This document shows, in pieces, positions 26,780 to 35,698 of a stretch of DNA of 64,000 bases (its first letter is position 1; each line of letters begins with the position of its first letter). Location: NCBI GenBank assembly GCA_963801165.1, contig CAWDDT010000011.1, positions 416,001 through 480,000 on the forward strand, written 5' to 3'. The notes under the pieces were generated by a model that searched no databases, had not been told where the DNA came from, and was given only the letters and a program-made list of their open reading frames with translations. Position numbers and translations under genes: made by a program. The stretch comes from an uncultured bacterium. GTDB taxonomy: Bacteria > Actinomycetota > Acidimicrobiia > Spongiisociales > UBA5794.

Positions 26780-29154
26780 CCACGACATATCCGTTCGAAG
26801 CCGACGCACCCGTCAAAGAGCTGCAATCAGTCGGCACCGGGGCGATCCGCATCGACGGTCTGGAGAAGATCAGCGGCGCCGCTCAGTTCGTCGACGACAT
26901 CGACTTCGGCCCCGGGTTGCTGCACGCAGCCATCCTGGAGAGCCCGCACGCTCATGCCCGCATCGTCTCGATAGACACAGCTAAGGCTGAGAACGCTCCG
27001 GGCGTGGTGAAAGTCGTGACCGGCAAGGACTTCCCGTACAAGTTCGGCATGTACATGGAGGACCGCTACATCTTCGCCCAGGATCACGTCCGGTTTGCCG
27101 GCGAGCAGGTCGCCGGTGTAATCGCCCGTTCCCATCGGCAAGCCGTCCAGGCGCTCGAGCTGATCGACGTCGAGTACGACGTGCTGACACCGCTGTTCGA
27201 TCCCAAGGAGGCGGTGGCAGACGGAGCAGATCTAATCCACCCGGATCTCGGCAACTACACCCATGTGCCCTGGTTCTTCCCGACTGCGAACACCAACATC
27301 GCCCACTGGCGCAAGGTCCGCAAAGGCGATACCGAGAAGGCGTTTGCCGAGGCGGACTTCGTCCTGGCCGACACTTACCGGGTTCCCCGTTACGCCCACT
27401 GCGCCATCGAGCCGCACGTCACGGTAAGCAAGCTCGACCATGCCGGCAGGTTGACCGTTTGGACCGCATCGCAATCGCCGCATACCCAGCGGCACCTCTT
27501 CGCCGAGGCACTTGCCCCCCTCGGGTTCACCCACAAAGACGTCAGGGTGATCACCCCGTACATCGGTGGCGGCTTCGGCGGCAAGGCCGGGGTCTCGATG
27601 GAGATCATGGGGGCGGCCATGGCCACCCTGGTCAAGGGCCGGCCGATCAAGATGCGTTGGACGCGGGAACAGGAGTTCTACAACACCTACCAGCGCCAGG
27701 GCGTCATCGCCGAGTTGAAGGTCGGCGTCATGAACGACGGCACCATCACCGCGGTCGAGCACAAGCTCTACTGGGACGCAGGCGCTTACGTCGAATACGG
27801 CGCAAACGTGGTCAACGCCGCCGGTCTTTCGGCGAGCGGTCCCTACCGGGTGCCCAACATCACCAACGACTCGCTGTGCGTCTACACCAACCTGCCGCCC
27901 GGTGGGCCGTACCGCGGCTTCGGGTACTCGGAGTTCCACTTCGGTCTCGAATCGCACATGGACCGCATCGCCGAGGCGATCGGGATGGACCCGGTGGAGT
28001 TCCGCAAGAAGAACGCCATAGAGGAGGGCGACGAGCTCGCCTACGGCGCCCATATGAACCCGTCGGGTCTCATCGAGGCGATCGACAAGGTTGCTGCCGC
28101 CATCGAATGGGGCGTCCCGGAGGAATCGGCTAACCCGAACACAGTGATGGGCAAGGGAATCGCGTGCTTCTGGAAGGCGCCGGCGATGCCGCCAAACGCC
28201 TCGTCTGCCTCGTTTCTCAAGTTCAACGAAGACGGCAGCATCAACATCAGCGTGTCCGGCATGGAGCTAGGGCAGGGCTACCTGACCGTGATGGCCCAGA
28301 TCGCTTCGGAGATCCTCACCGTTCCGGTGGCGAAGATCAGGGTCGAGACACCCGATACCGACCGCAACCCGTACGAATGGCAGACGGTCGCCTCCCACGT
28401 CACGTGGAGCTCGGGGCTCGCTGTCGAGAAGGCAGCGGTGGAGGCGCGGGCGAAGATCTTCGAGGTGATCCACGAGGCCTACGGCTACGAGGACGACTCG
28501 CTGTACCTGGAGGACGAGAGTGTCCGCTGCACGACCGACCCGGGGTTCGCCAAACCACTACGTGAATTCGTCATCGACGGCATCCAGACCGACGACGGCA
28601 CCTGGAGGGGCGGACCGATCATCGCCAGCGGAAAGTTCATGCCCGATTTCACAAACGCCAACAGCGATCCCGAGACCGGGCAAGGCGGACATCCCAACGT
28701 CCATTACACGGTCGGCACCTGCGGGGTGGTGCTCGAGATCGACAAGGACACCGGGCGGATCTGGGTACGCAAAGCGGCACTCGCGGTCGACGCCGGTCGT
28801 GCCATCAACCCGGACCTTGTCAAAGGGCAGATCGTCGGCGGTCTGGTGCAAGGCCTCGCCACCGTGCTCTATGAGGACATGCGCTTCGACGAGAACGGCA
28901 AGATGCTGAATCCGACGTTCACCGACTACAAGATCCCGACGGCCTTCGACATCCCGGACGAGATCGTACCGATCATCGTCGAGGTGCCCCAGCCCGACGG
29001 CCCGTTCGGAGCCCGCGGGGTCGGCGAGCACACCATGATCGCCGCAGCCCCTGCGATCGCCAACGCGGTCTACAACGCTCTGGGAACCCGTATCACGTCG
29101 ATGCCGGTCACCCAGGAGAAGATTGCAATGTCGCTACTCGAGAAGAGGAGTTGA
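26776..29154 (+). CDS. Molybdenum hydroxylase Mo-binding subunit (xanthine dehydrogenase family; candidate uracil/thymine dehydrogenase)
   Basis: SPHAHARI, GGGFGGK, YRGFG, ELGQG, AINPDLVKGQIVGG, GPFGARGVGE. Confidence 0.93.
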   Translation: MTTTYPFEADAPVKELQSVGTGAIRIDGLEKISGAAQFVDDIDFGPGLLHAAILESPHAHARIVSIDTAKAENAPGVVKVVTGKDFPYKFGMYMEDRYIFAQDHVRFAGEQVAGVIARSHRQAVQALELIDVEYDVLTPLFDPKEAVADGADLIHPDLGNYTHVPWFFPTANTNIAHWRKVRKGDTEKAFAEADFVLADTYRVPRYAHCAIEPHVTVSKLDHAGRLTVWTASQSPHTQRHLFAEALAPLGFTHKDVRVITPYIGGGFGGKAGVSMEIMGAAMATLVKGRPIKMRWTREQEFYNTYQRQGVIAELKVGVMNDGTITAVEHKLYWDAGAYVEYGANVVNAAGLSASGPYRVPNITNDSLCVYTNLPPGGPYRGFGYSEFHFGLESHMDRIAEAIGMDPVEFRKKNAIEEGDELAYGAHMNPSGLIEAIDKVAAAIEWGVPEESANPNTVMGKGIACFWKAPAMPPNASSASFLKFNEDGSINISVSGMELGQGYLTVMAQIASEILTVPVAKIRVETPDTDRNPYEWQTVASHVTWSSGLAVEKAAVEARAKIFEVIHEAYGYEDDSLYLEDESVRCTTDPGFAKPLREFVIDGIQTDDGTWRGGPIIASGKFMPDFTNANSDPETGQGGHPNVHYTVGTCGVVLEIDKDTGRIWVRKAALAVDAGRAINPDLVKGQIVGGLVQGLATVLYEDMRFDENGKMLNPTFTDYKIPTAFDIPDEIVPIIVEVPQPDGPFGARGVGEHTMIAAAPAIANAVYNALGTRITSMPVTQEKIAMSLLEKRS

Positions 29155-29160
29155 GCGCAC

Positions 29161-29919
29161 ATGTCTGTTGATCTGGAGAAGATCCTGCGGCCGGTCGAGC
29201 ATCCGATGACGCCGTACGATCCCAAATACATGATGCTCGCCAGCGGTGAGGCGGTGGTGGTCCGGCAGGTGTTCCGGGACGAGATCCCCGATCTCCTCAA
29301 GCACGTCGAGCCGCTGATCCATGTAGAGCGCGACTTCTACGACGTTGTGGCGGCCCGCGTCTACGCCGAGCTGCTCGGCTACTACAGATACCGGTTCCAA
29401 GACCAGTACGTGCTGGCACTCCAGGTCGACGGCGAGCTGGCTGCCATCGTCAACGGGCGCCAGATCAACCCCAAGCTGGGTCTGTCGCTGCACACGCTGG
29501 CAATGCGGCGCGGGCTACGGGTGGGCGCGCACGGGTTCGCCGCCAAGATGGAGTATCACATCGACACTCTCGGTCACGACGAGGTTCTCGTCGTTGCCGA
29601 GTCCCCGATCGGATTCAGGCGCTGGATGCTCGAGTACGAGTTGGAGAAGCGCTTCGACACTCCCCATGAGCTCGGTGGCGTCCCATCGTGGGCGCTCACC
29701 CGTGAGCTGTTCAACAGGGCCCGTTCCAAGCTGGTTGTGGGGAGACGCCCGGTGCCTCCCGACATCCTCGGCAAGGCAATGGAGAAGATCCTGCCGCCGT
29801 CGGATCCGCCGACACCGCCGCTCGATCCGATGGCCGCCACGAGGGCGCTGTACGACCCGACCGGTACGGCCCTCGTCCAGCAGCGCTGGGAGATGGAGAA
29901 AGGGATGGAGCATGCGTGA
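29161..29919 (+). CDS. Uncharacterised GNAT-fold-like protein
   Basis: VLALQVDGELAAIV beta strand and RRGLRVG motif-A-like segment; tightly linked in the operon. Confidence 0.55.
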   Translation: MSVDLEKILRPVEHPMTPYDPKYMMLASGEAVVVRQVFRDEIPDLLKHVEPLIHVERDFYDVVAARVYAELLGYYRYRFQDQYVLALQVDGELAAIVNGRQINPKLGLSLHTLAMRRGLRVGAHGFAAKMEYHIDTLGHDEVLVVAESPIGFRRWMLEYELEKRFDTPHELGGVPSWALTRELFNRARSKLVVGRRPVPPDILGKAMEKILPPSDPPTPPLDPMAATRALYDPTGTALVQQRWEMEKGMEHA

Positions 29920-31087
29920 CGTGTACGTAGCCGGGATCGGCATCACCACCTTCACCCGGCTCGAGTACCCGTTGACGGAGATCGCCGCCTACGCCTCGAT
30001 GATGGCTCTCCGGGATGCCGGCGTCACCGAGGTCGACCAGATCTACGTCGCCAATATGGGAGCGGCGAGGATAAACCATCAGACCGCACTTGCCAGTGCC
30101 GTGGCCGACAGCCTCAGCCTGCTTCCGGCGGGCGCCGCCTCTATCGAGAACGGCCCTGCGTCCGGTGCTGCCGCCATCAAGGCCGGCTTCCAGGCGGTTG
30201 CGTCGGGGATGGACGACGTCGTGCTGGTGGCCGGGGCGGAGCGGATGCGCGAGGTCAACAACCTCGAGGCAACCGATTTTGTCGCCACCCTCACCCATCC
30301 GATCACCGAGTACATCTACGGGGTGACCCTGCCGGCGCACGCCGCCATGTTCGCCCGGCTCTACATGGACAGATACGGTGTCACCGAACGGCATCTCGCC
30401 ATGGTCGGCGTCAAGAACCAGAACGCCGCTCTCAACAATCAGTGGGCTCATCTGCAACAGGCGATCACGCTCGAGGGCATCCTCGACTCGCCAGAGGCGA
30501 TGACCAACAACCCGTACGTTGCCGAGCCGTTGCGCTTCTTCGATGCCTGCCCGGTCTCCGATGGCGGGGCAGCTCTTGTGCTGGTCTCCGAGGAGAAGGC
30601 TCGGGAGTTGGGCCGGCCCATGATCCGCATCACAGGGATCGGGCAGGCAACCGACACGCACGCCGTCTTCGAGCGGGAGGAGCCGACAGATCTGCTCGCA
30701 GTTCGCCTGGCGGCAAATGCCGCCTACGAGATGGCGGGCGTCGGCCCCGAGGACATCGACGTCGCGGAATTGCACGACGCTTTCACCATCCTCGAGATCG
30801 CCGAGAGCGAGGAGGTCGGCTTCTTCCCCAAGGGCGAGGGACACCTGGCGTTGGAGAAGGGCGACACCGCGCTCGGCGGCAAGATCCCGATCAACGTCGG
30901 CGGCGGGCTCAAGGGCCGCGGCCACCCGGTGGGGGCAACCGGCGTCGCCCAGGCATGGGAGATCGTCACCCAACTGCGTGGTGACGGCGGCAAGCGTCAG
31001 GTAGAGGGCGCCAGGACCGGGCTGACCCTCAACTTCGGCGGATTCGGCAACAACGTCGTCTGCCTGATTTTCCAGAGGGAGGACTGA
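29912..31087 (+). CDS. SCP2/archaeal-type thiolase-family protein lacking the nucleophilic Cys
   Basis: IENGPASG (normally ENACASG), CPVSDGGAA, ELHDAFTILE, GGLKGRGHPVGATG. Confidence 0.9.
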   Translation: MRDVYVAGIGITTFTRLEYPLTEIAAYASMMALRDAGVTEVDQIYVANMGAARINHQTALASAVADSLSLLPAGAASIENGPASGAAAIKAGFQAVASGMDDVVLVAGAERMREVNNLEATDFVATLTHPITEYIYGVTLPAHAAMFARLYMDRYGVTERHLAMVGVKNQNAALNNQWAHLQQAITLEGILDSPEAMTNNPYVAEPLRFFDACPVSDGGAALVLVSEEKARELGRPMIRITGIGQATDTHAVFEREEPTDLLAVRLAANAAYEMAGVGPEDIDVAELHDAFTILEIAESEEVGFFPKGEGHLALEKGDTALGGKIPINVGGGLKGRGHPVGATGVAQAWEIVTQLRGDGGKRQVEGARTGLTLNFGGFGNNVVCLIFQRED

Positions 31088-31434
31088 TGGCTCGCGAGAT
31101 CTACGCATACAAGTGTCGGCGGTGCGGGACTTTGCACTACCCGATGCGCATGGTGTGCAAGGGCTGCAAGCAGAACGACTTCTTCGAGTTCGACGCGGTG
31201 CCGCTGCCGAAGACCGGCAAGCTGGTCACCTTCACTACGGTGTACAACCTGCCGGCACAGTACGAGGTACCCACGCTCGGGCTGGGCGTAGTCGAACTCG
31301 AGAACGGGATGCGCATGCTGGGACAGATCGAGATCGACAACCCCAAGATCGGGATGCCGGTCAAGGGGGCGGTCAGAATCGTCCGCCGTGAGGCATACGA
31401 CAACTATTACGGGATGGTCTTCTCCGCGGCGTGA
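31087..31434 (+). CDS. DUF35 Zn-ribbon/OB-fold protein (thiolase partner)
   Basis: KCRRCG..YPMRMVCKGC, GKLVTFTTV, GVVELENG. Confidence 0.9.
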   Translation: MAREIYAYKCRRCGTLHYPMRMVCKGCKQNDFFEFDAVPLPKTGKLVTFTTVYNLPAQYEVPTLGLGVVELENGMRMLGQIEIDNPKIGMPVKGAVRIVRREAYDNYYGMVFSAA

Positions 31435-31532
31435 CCGGCGGCTCGGTACCAAAGACGCCGTCCTGCTTCCGGCGTATCTGAGGCCGGTGTCCCGGCACCA
31501 TATACGCAGGAACCAGACGTGGTCGTGACCCT

Positions 31533-32297
31533 CTACATCATGCCCCGCAACGCGGTGCGGAAGGTGTCCTGGACGATGTGGAGCACACCGTCCATCGTCT
31601 CGGGGACGAGCAAAAGGACTGCGCCGACGCTGGCGAACGCGGCGAACAGCTTGATCGGCAGGCCGATGAGGAACACGTTGGACTGCGGGGCGAACCGGGC
31701 GGCGATGCCGAGGACGACCTCCGCAATGAACAGAGCAGCCAGCGCCGGCATCGCCATCTCGACCGCCCCGATGAGCATGCGGCCCATCAGGTCGAGAGCG
31801 ACGTCGGCGAGCCCGCCCGACAAGGCGATAGTCCCCGTGATCGGCACGGCGTCGAAGCTGAGGCGGAGACCGGCTACGAGCAGATGGTCACCGCCGAGCA
31901 CTAGAAACAGGGTCACCGCCATCACGTTGAAGATCCGGCCGAAGATGGTGACCCGGTCATTGGACATCGGGTCGAAGACCTGCGCCACGCTCAAGCTCGA
32001 GGTGAAGTCGATCAACGCTCCTCCAACCGTGAACAGGTAGAAGATGAGCCCGGTCAGGAAGCCCAGGGTCAGTCCGACCACGGCGTTGGTGAACCCGGCG
32101 GTGAGCAGCACCGCGACATCACCGGAGCCGGCGACCGGGGAGGCGAAAGTGAGACCGAGCGCCAACACGAGAGCGGTCCGCCCCAGCTTCGGGATGGGCT
32201 TGAAGATCGGGGAAACGATGACGAAACCAACAACACGGATCCCGGCGAGCAGCATCCCCGCCACCCAGTCGGCATTGACCACGAGGTCGATGTTCAT
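31533..32297 (-). CDS. fliR: Flagellar export protein FliR
   Basis: Polytopic; VFDPMS, LFLVLGGDHLL, ARFAPQSNVFLIGLPIK. Confidence 0.92.
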   Translation of the reverse strand: MNIDLVVNADWVAGMLLAGIRVVGFVIVSPIFKPIPKLGRTALVLALGLTFASPVAGSGDVAVLLTAGFTNAVVGLTLGFLTGLIFYLFTVGGALIDFTSSLSVAQVFDPMSNDRVTIFGRIFNVMAVTLFLVLGGDHLLVAGLRLSFDAVPITGTIALSGGLADVALDLMGRMLIGAVEMAMPALAALFIAEVVLGIAARFAPQSNVFLIGLPIKLFAAFASVGAVLLLVPETMDGVLHIVQDTFRTALRGMM

Positions 32298-32301
32298 GGC
32301 G

Positions 32302-32571
32302 CTAGCCCGAAATCGTCGGGATGAGCGACCAGAGCGAGATGACCCACGCCGTCAGGGTGTGGATCATCCACTGACCCGAGAACAGCACGATGAGCCCCAT
32401 CACCACCAGCTTGGGGACAAATGTGAGCGTCATCTCCTGGATCTGAGTGATCGTCTGCAGCAGCGACACGGCAACGCCGACGAACAGGGCCGCCATGAGC
32501 ATCGGGCCGGCGATTGTTGCCGCGATCCGGAACGCGTTGCTGACGATCTCGATGACCTGGGCATCGGTCAT
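32302..32571 (-). CDS. fliQ: Flagellar export protein FliQ
   Basis: SLLQTITQIQEMTLTFVPKL. Confidence 0.96.
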   Translation of the reverse strand: MTDAQVIEIVSNAFRIAATIAGPMLMAALFVGVAVSLLQTITQIQEMTLTFVPKLVVMGLIVLFSGQWMIHTLTAWVISLWSLIPTISG

Positions 32572-33449
32572 CAGAGGGCCCCCCGCACTGATTGCACCAC
32601 CGATCCGATCAGCAACGCCCAGCCGTCGACGAGAACGAACAGCAGCAACTTGAGGGGTAACGAGATGAAGACGGGTGGCAGCATCACCATGCCCATTGAC
32701 ATGAGAACGGCGGCCACGATCAGGTCGATGACGAGGAACGGCACGAAGATCACGAAGCCGATGATGAAGGCGGTGCGCAGCTCGGAGATTATGTACGCCG
32801 GGATCAGCGTGCTGGCCGGCACGTCCGCCTCGGTCTCCGGCTGCGGCTGGCCGGACATGTCCATGAAGAGCCTCAGATCATCTTCCCGAGTCTGCGACAG
32901 CATGAAGTCCCGGAAGGGCGCATAGCCCGCCGACACCGCTTCTGCCTGCCCGATCTCGCCATGGAGTAGAGGTTGGATGGCAACATCGTTCACCTCGCTG
33001 AAGACCGGTCCCATGACAAAGATCGTGAGGAACATCGCAAGCCCGATGAGAACCTGTGACGGCGGGATCGTCTGCACCCCGATGGCGTTCCTGGTGAGAC
33101 CGAGAACGATGATGAACCTGGTGAACGACGTCATCAGGAGCAGGATGCTGGGAGCTACCGCACCGACGGTAAGCAGCAGGATGATGATGACGGTGTTCGA
33201 GAGCGTGCCGCTGTCGGACTCGACCTTGAGCGAGATGTCGGGGATGTCCTCGACCCGGGGCACCTCGACAAGAGGGGTGGCCGTTGTGGGTGTGGTCGCG
33301 CTGGCATCGGGCGTCGTGGTCGTCGTCACGACGGTCGTTGCCGTCGCAGGCTCCGAGAACGGGGCTGGCTGCTGGGCAGCGGCCGAGCCGGTCACGATGC
33401 CGACAACCAGGACTGCAGCTACAACGAGAGCTCTACTTACGGCCCGCAC
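32571..33449 (-). CDS. fliP: Flagellar export protein FliP
   Basis: LMTSFTRFIIVL, IPAYIISELRTAF, MGMVMLPP..SLPLKLLLFVLVDGW. Confidence 0.97.
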   Translation of the reverse strand: MRAVSRALVVAAVLVVGIVTGSAAAQQPAPFSEPATATTVVTTTTTPDASATTPTTATPLVEVPRVEDIPDISLKVESDSGTLSNTVIIILLLTVGAVAPSILLLMTSFTRFIIVLGLTRNAIGVQTIPPSQVLIGLAMFLTIFVMGPVFSEVNDVAIQPLLHGEIGQAEAVSAGYAPFRDFMLSQTREDDLRLFMDMSGQPQPETEADVPASTLIPAYIISELRTAFIIGFVIFVPFLVIDLIVAAVLMSMGMVMLPPVFISLPLKLLLFVLVDGWALLIGSVVQSVRGAL

Positions 33450-33834
33450 CGAACGACCTCCACGGCGACTGAGCCGGACCGCGAACTGTCATCAGTTGCA
33501 GTCGGCGAATCAGGCCAATCCGTGGCTGTTCGGTCATTCCATTCATGGGGCTGTCTGCGGGGTCCGTCGCCGGATCTGCAACCACCTCTGGCAATGCGGG
33601 GAGCTCAGAGATGAGGCCGACACCGGACTCGCCGGCGCCGACGAGAAAACGCTGATCGTCAACCTCGACTACCGCGATCCAGGTGCTCTTGCCGAGGGCG
33701 GTCTTGTCGGTGATGCGCAGCCGGTTCGGCCGGCCCTTCTGCGACCTGCGCACATACCACCACAAGACAACGGGGATGGCGACCACCACAGCAAAGCCGG
33801 GGAGAATGTCGGTTATGACGTTGACGGCGATCAT
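33433..33834 (-). CDS. fliO: Flagellar protein FliO
   Basis: TM helix then LRITDKTALGKSTWIAVVEVDDQRFLVG; between fliN and fliP. Confidence 0.82.
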   Translation of the reverse strand: MIAVNVITDILPGFAVVVAIPVVLWWYVRRSQKGRPNRLRITDKTALGKSTWIAVVEVDDQRFLVGAGESGVGLISELPALPEVVADPATDPADSPMNGMTEQPRIGLIRRLQLMTVRGPAQSPWRSFGAGRK

Positions 33835-34241
33835 TCTTCGGTCTCACAGACCTTCGTGATCCTGACACCGAGTTGCTTGCCGACAACGACGATGTCGCCG
33901 CGAGCGATCATCGCTCCGTTGACAAGCACGTCTACCGCGTCCCCGGCTTCCCGGTCGAGTTCGAAGACGCTGCCGCGGGTCATCGAGACGAGTTTCTCCA
34001 CCTGCGCGGTGCCGCGGGCGATCTCGACGCTGACCCGAGTGGGGACATCCGAGAGGATCTCGATGTCGTGGCGGGCGGGCACTACGCCCGCCCGGTCGAG
34101 GTTCGGTAGGTTGGCCGGAGCCACACTCGGCCCCCCCATGGATGGCTCATCGACCGGAATAGAGCCTCCCAGGAGGGAGCCGACTGTGGCCTCGGCGATT
34201 GCTGCGTCTCGATTGGCTGTACCGCTGGGAATAGCCACCAA
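33831..34241 (-). CDS. fliN: Motor switch protein FliN
   Basis: ILSDVPTRVSVEI..GSVFELDREAGDAVDVLVNGAMIARGDIVVV..GVRIT. Confidence 0.88.
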   Translation of the reverse strand: MVAIPSGTANRDAAIAEATVGSLLGGSIPVDEPSMGGPSVAPANLPNLDRAGVVPARHDIEILSDVPTRVSVEIARGTAQVEKLVSMTRGSVFELDREAGDAVDVLVNGAMIARGDIVVVGKQLGVRITKVCETEE

Positions 34242-34298
34242 CGTACCTCCGTGATTTCCGGTCTGGATCGGGCCGCTGTATCTGCGGCTGCAGCCATT

Positions 34299-34325
34299 CC
34301 GTCGGCCGGATCAGGTACCAATCAA
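34299..34325 (-). promoter_or_regulatory. sigma28-type promoter for fliNOPQR
   Basis: TTGA-N15-GCCGACGG. Confidence 0.72.
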
Positions 34326-34339
34326 GGGTTCGTCTCGAA

Positions 34340-34361
34340 CCTGATCGCCGAAGGCGATCAG
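34340..34361 (-). terminator. Hairpin after fliL
   Basis: cctgatcgc-cgaag-gcgatcagg. Confidence 0.55.
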
Positions 34362-34365
34362 GCCA

Positions 34366-34830
34366 CTACTGAACGAGCACTTCGGTGACCACGACTCGCA
34401 GTACCTCACCTTCGGTGAAGACGCGCAATGCGGCAGCGGTGAGTTGATCCCGCAGATTGTCGAGCGCCCCGGCGCCCAGCATCTCATCGACGGTCAGGCC
34501 CGACACCTCGCCGAGCACCGCATCCTTGAGGATCGGCACCCTGTCCCCGATGACGGTGGTATCGCCGCCCTCGGGAAGCACAACGGCGAACCGGATCTTG
34601 GCGTAGTGAACGGGGTCACCGGCCAGCGTGACAGTCATCTCGTCCATTTCGATGACCGGACCCTCCGCCGGGACCGTCGTCGTGGTCATGTCGGCTTCCG
34701 GATCGCCACCGCCGCCACCGCTGAAGAACAGGAAGTATGCAGCTGCGAGCAACACAATCACTCCACCTACGATCCCGATCAGCTTGCCTTTGCCCTTCTT
34801 GGGCTCTTCGATGATTTCCTGGTCAACCAT
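34366..34830 (-). CDS. fliL: Flagellar basal body protein FliL
   Basis: KKGKGK + TM, VTLAG..HY, ILKDAVL, VVVTEVLVQ C-terminus. Confidence 0.85.
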   Translation of the reverse strand: MVDQEIIEEPKKGKGKLIGIVGGVIVLLAAAYFLFFSGGGGGDPEADMTTTTVPAEGPVIEMDEMTVTLAGDPVHYAKIRFAVVLPEGGDTTVIGDRVPILKDAVLGEVSGLTVDEMLGAGALDNLRDQLTAAALRVFTEGEVLRVVVTEVLVQ

Positions 34831-35698
34831 TGGTGTCACCTCTGTCAACGACGACGACTAGCTCGACACGTCGGTTGGCCGCCTTGCCTTCGTCTGTTTC
34901 GTTACTTGCCCTCGGGCGGAACTCCCCGTAGCCGGTTGCAGCCAGCCGGGCAGGGTCGATTCCGTCCCATCCGGTCAGAGCCTTGAGCACCGCCAGGGCT
35001 CGATCCGTCGATAGATTCCAGTTGTCGTAGCCGTTCCTGTTGAGCGGCACGGTGTCTGTGTGACCCTCGACGAGGATCTCGTTGTCGAAAGTGACAAGTG
35101 TCGGCGCCACCGCAGCGATGATCGCGTCGCCGTTCTCACCGAACTCGGCCGATCCGCTCGCAAACAGCACGTGATCTGTCGCGATGGCGATCACCAGACC
35201 GCGAGCGGTTATCTCGAAGTCGACTGCCCCGACCAGCCCGGCGTCTTCGAGCGCCACGGAGATAGCGTCACGCACTCGGATCAGCTGCTCATCGTTCACG
35301 ATGACGTTGCCGTCGGTTTCGGACACACCAGACCCCGGGTCGGGGTCGGTGTTCTCGTTCGGCGGCTGGACCGTGGTCTGCGTCGTGTGGTTGCTTGTGT
35401 TCACATCCGGAAGACCATCGAGCAGGGCGGGAGCGCCAAATGTCTCGAAGTTGGTTGTCCCGTCACCCAACTCGGCGCCGACAAGCCCGGTGCTGGCGTT
35501 GAGCAAGCCCTCCGATACCGCCGGGTTGTGGAAAGGGTCGGCGAGACCGGACACGAACATCTGGAACTTCTGCTGGTCGACCTGCGAGATTGCATACAGC
35601 ATCACGAAGAACGCCAGCAGCAGAGTGACTACATCGCCATAGGTGGTCAACCAACGCAGCTCGTTTGGCTCTTCAACCTTCTTGCGCTCGCGTGCCAT
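34823..35698 (-). CDS. motB: Stator protein MotB
   Basis: RWLTTYGDVVTLLLAFFVMLY; OmpA-like EGHTD..NWNLSTDRA..NRRVE. Confidence 0.96.
   Translation of the reverse strand: MARERKKVEEPNELRWLTTYGDVVTLLLAFFVMLYAISQVDQQKFQMFVSGLADPFHNPAVSEGLLNASTGLVGAELGDGTTNFETFGAPALLDGLPDVNTSNHTTQTTVQPPNENTDPDPGSGVSETDGNVIVNDEQLIRVRDAISVALEDAGLVGAVDFEITARGLVIAIATDHVLFASGSAEFGENGDAIIAAVAPTLVTFDNEILVEGHTDTVPLNRNGYDNWNLSTDRALAVLKALTGWDGIDPARLAATGYGEFRPRASNETDEGKAANRRVELVVVVDRGDTNG

Noticed and set aside
26776-29154. Aerobic CO dehydrogenase CoxL
   Set aside because: The active-site loop is GPYRGFG, not AYXCSFR, and there are no cox accessory genes.
20395-31532. Mobile genomic island
   Set aside because: No integrase, transposase, tRNA or flanking direct repeats were found by eye; composition looks similar to the flanks.
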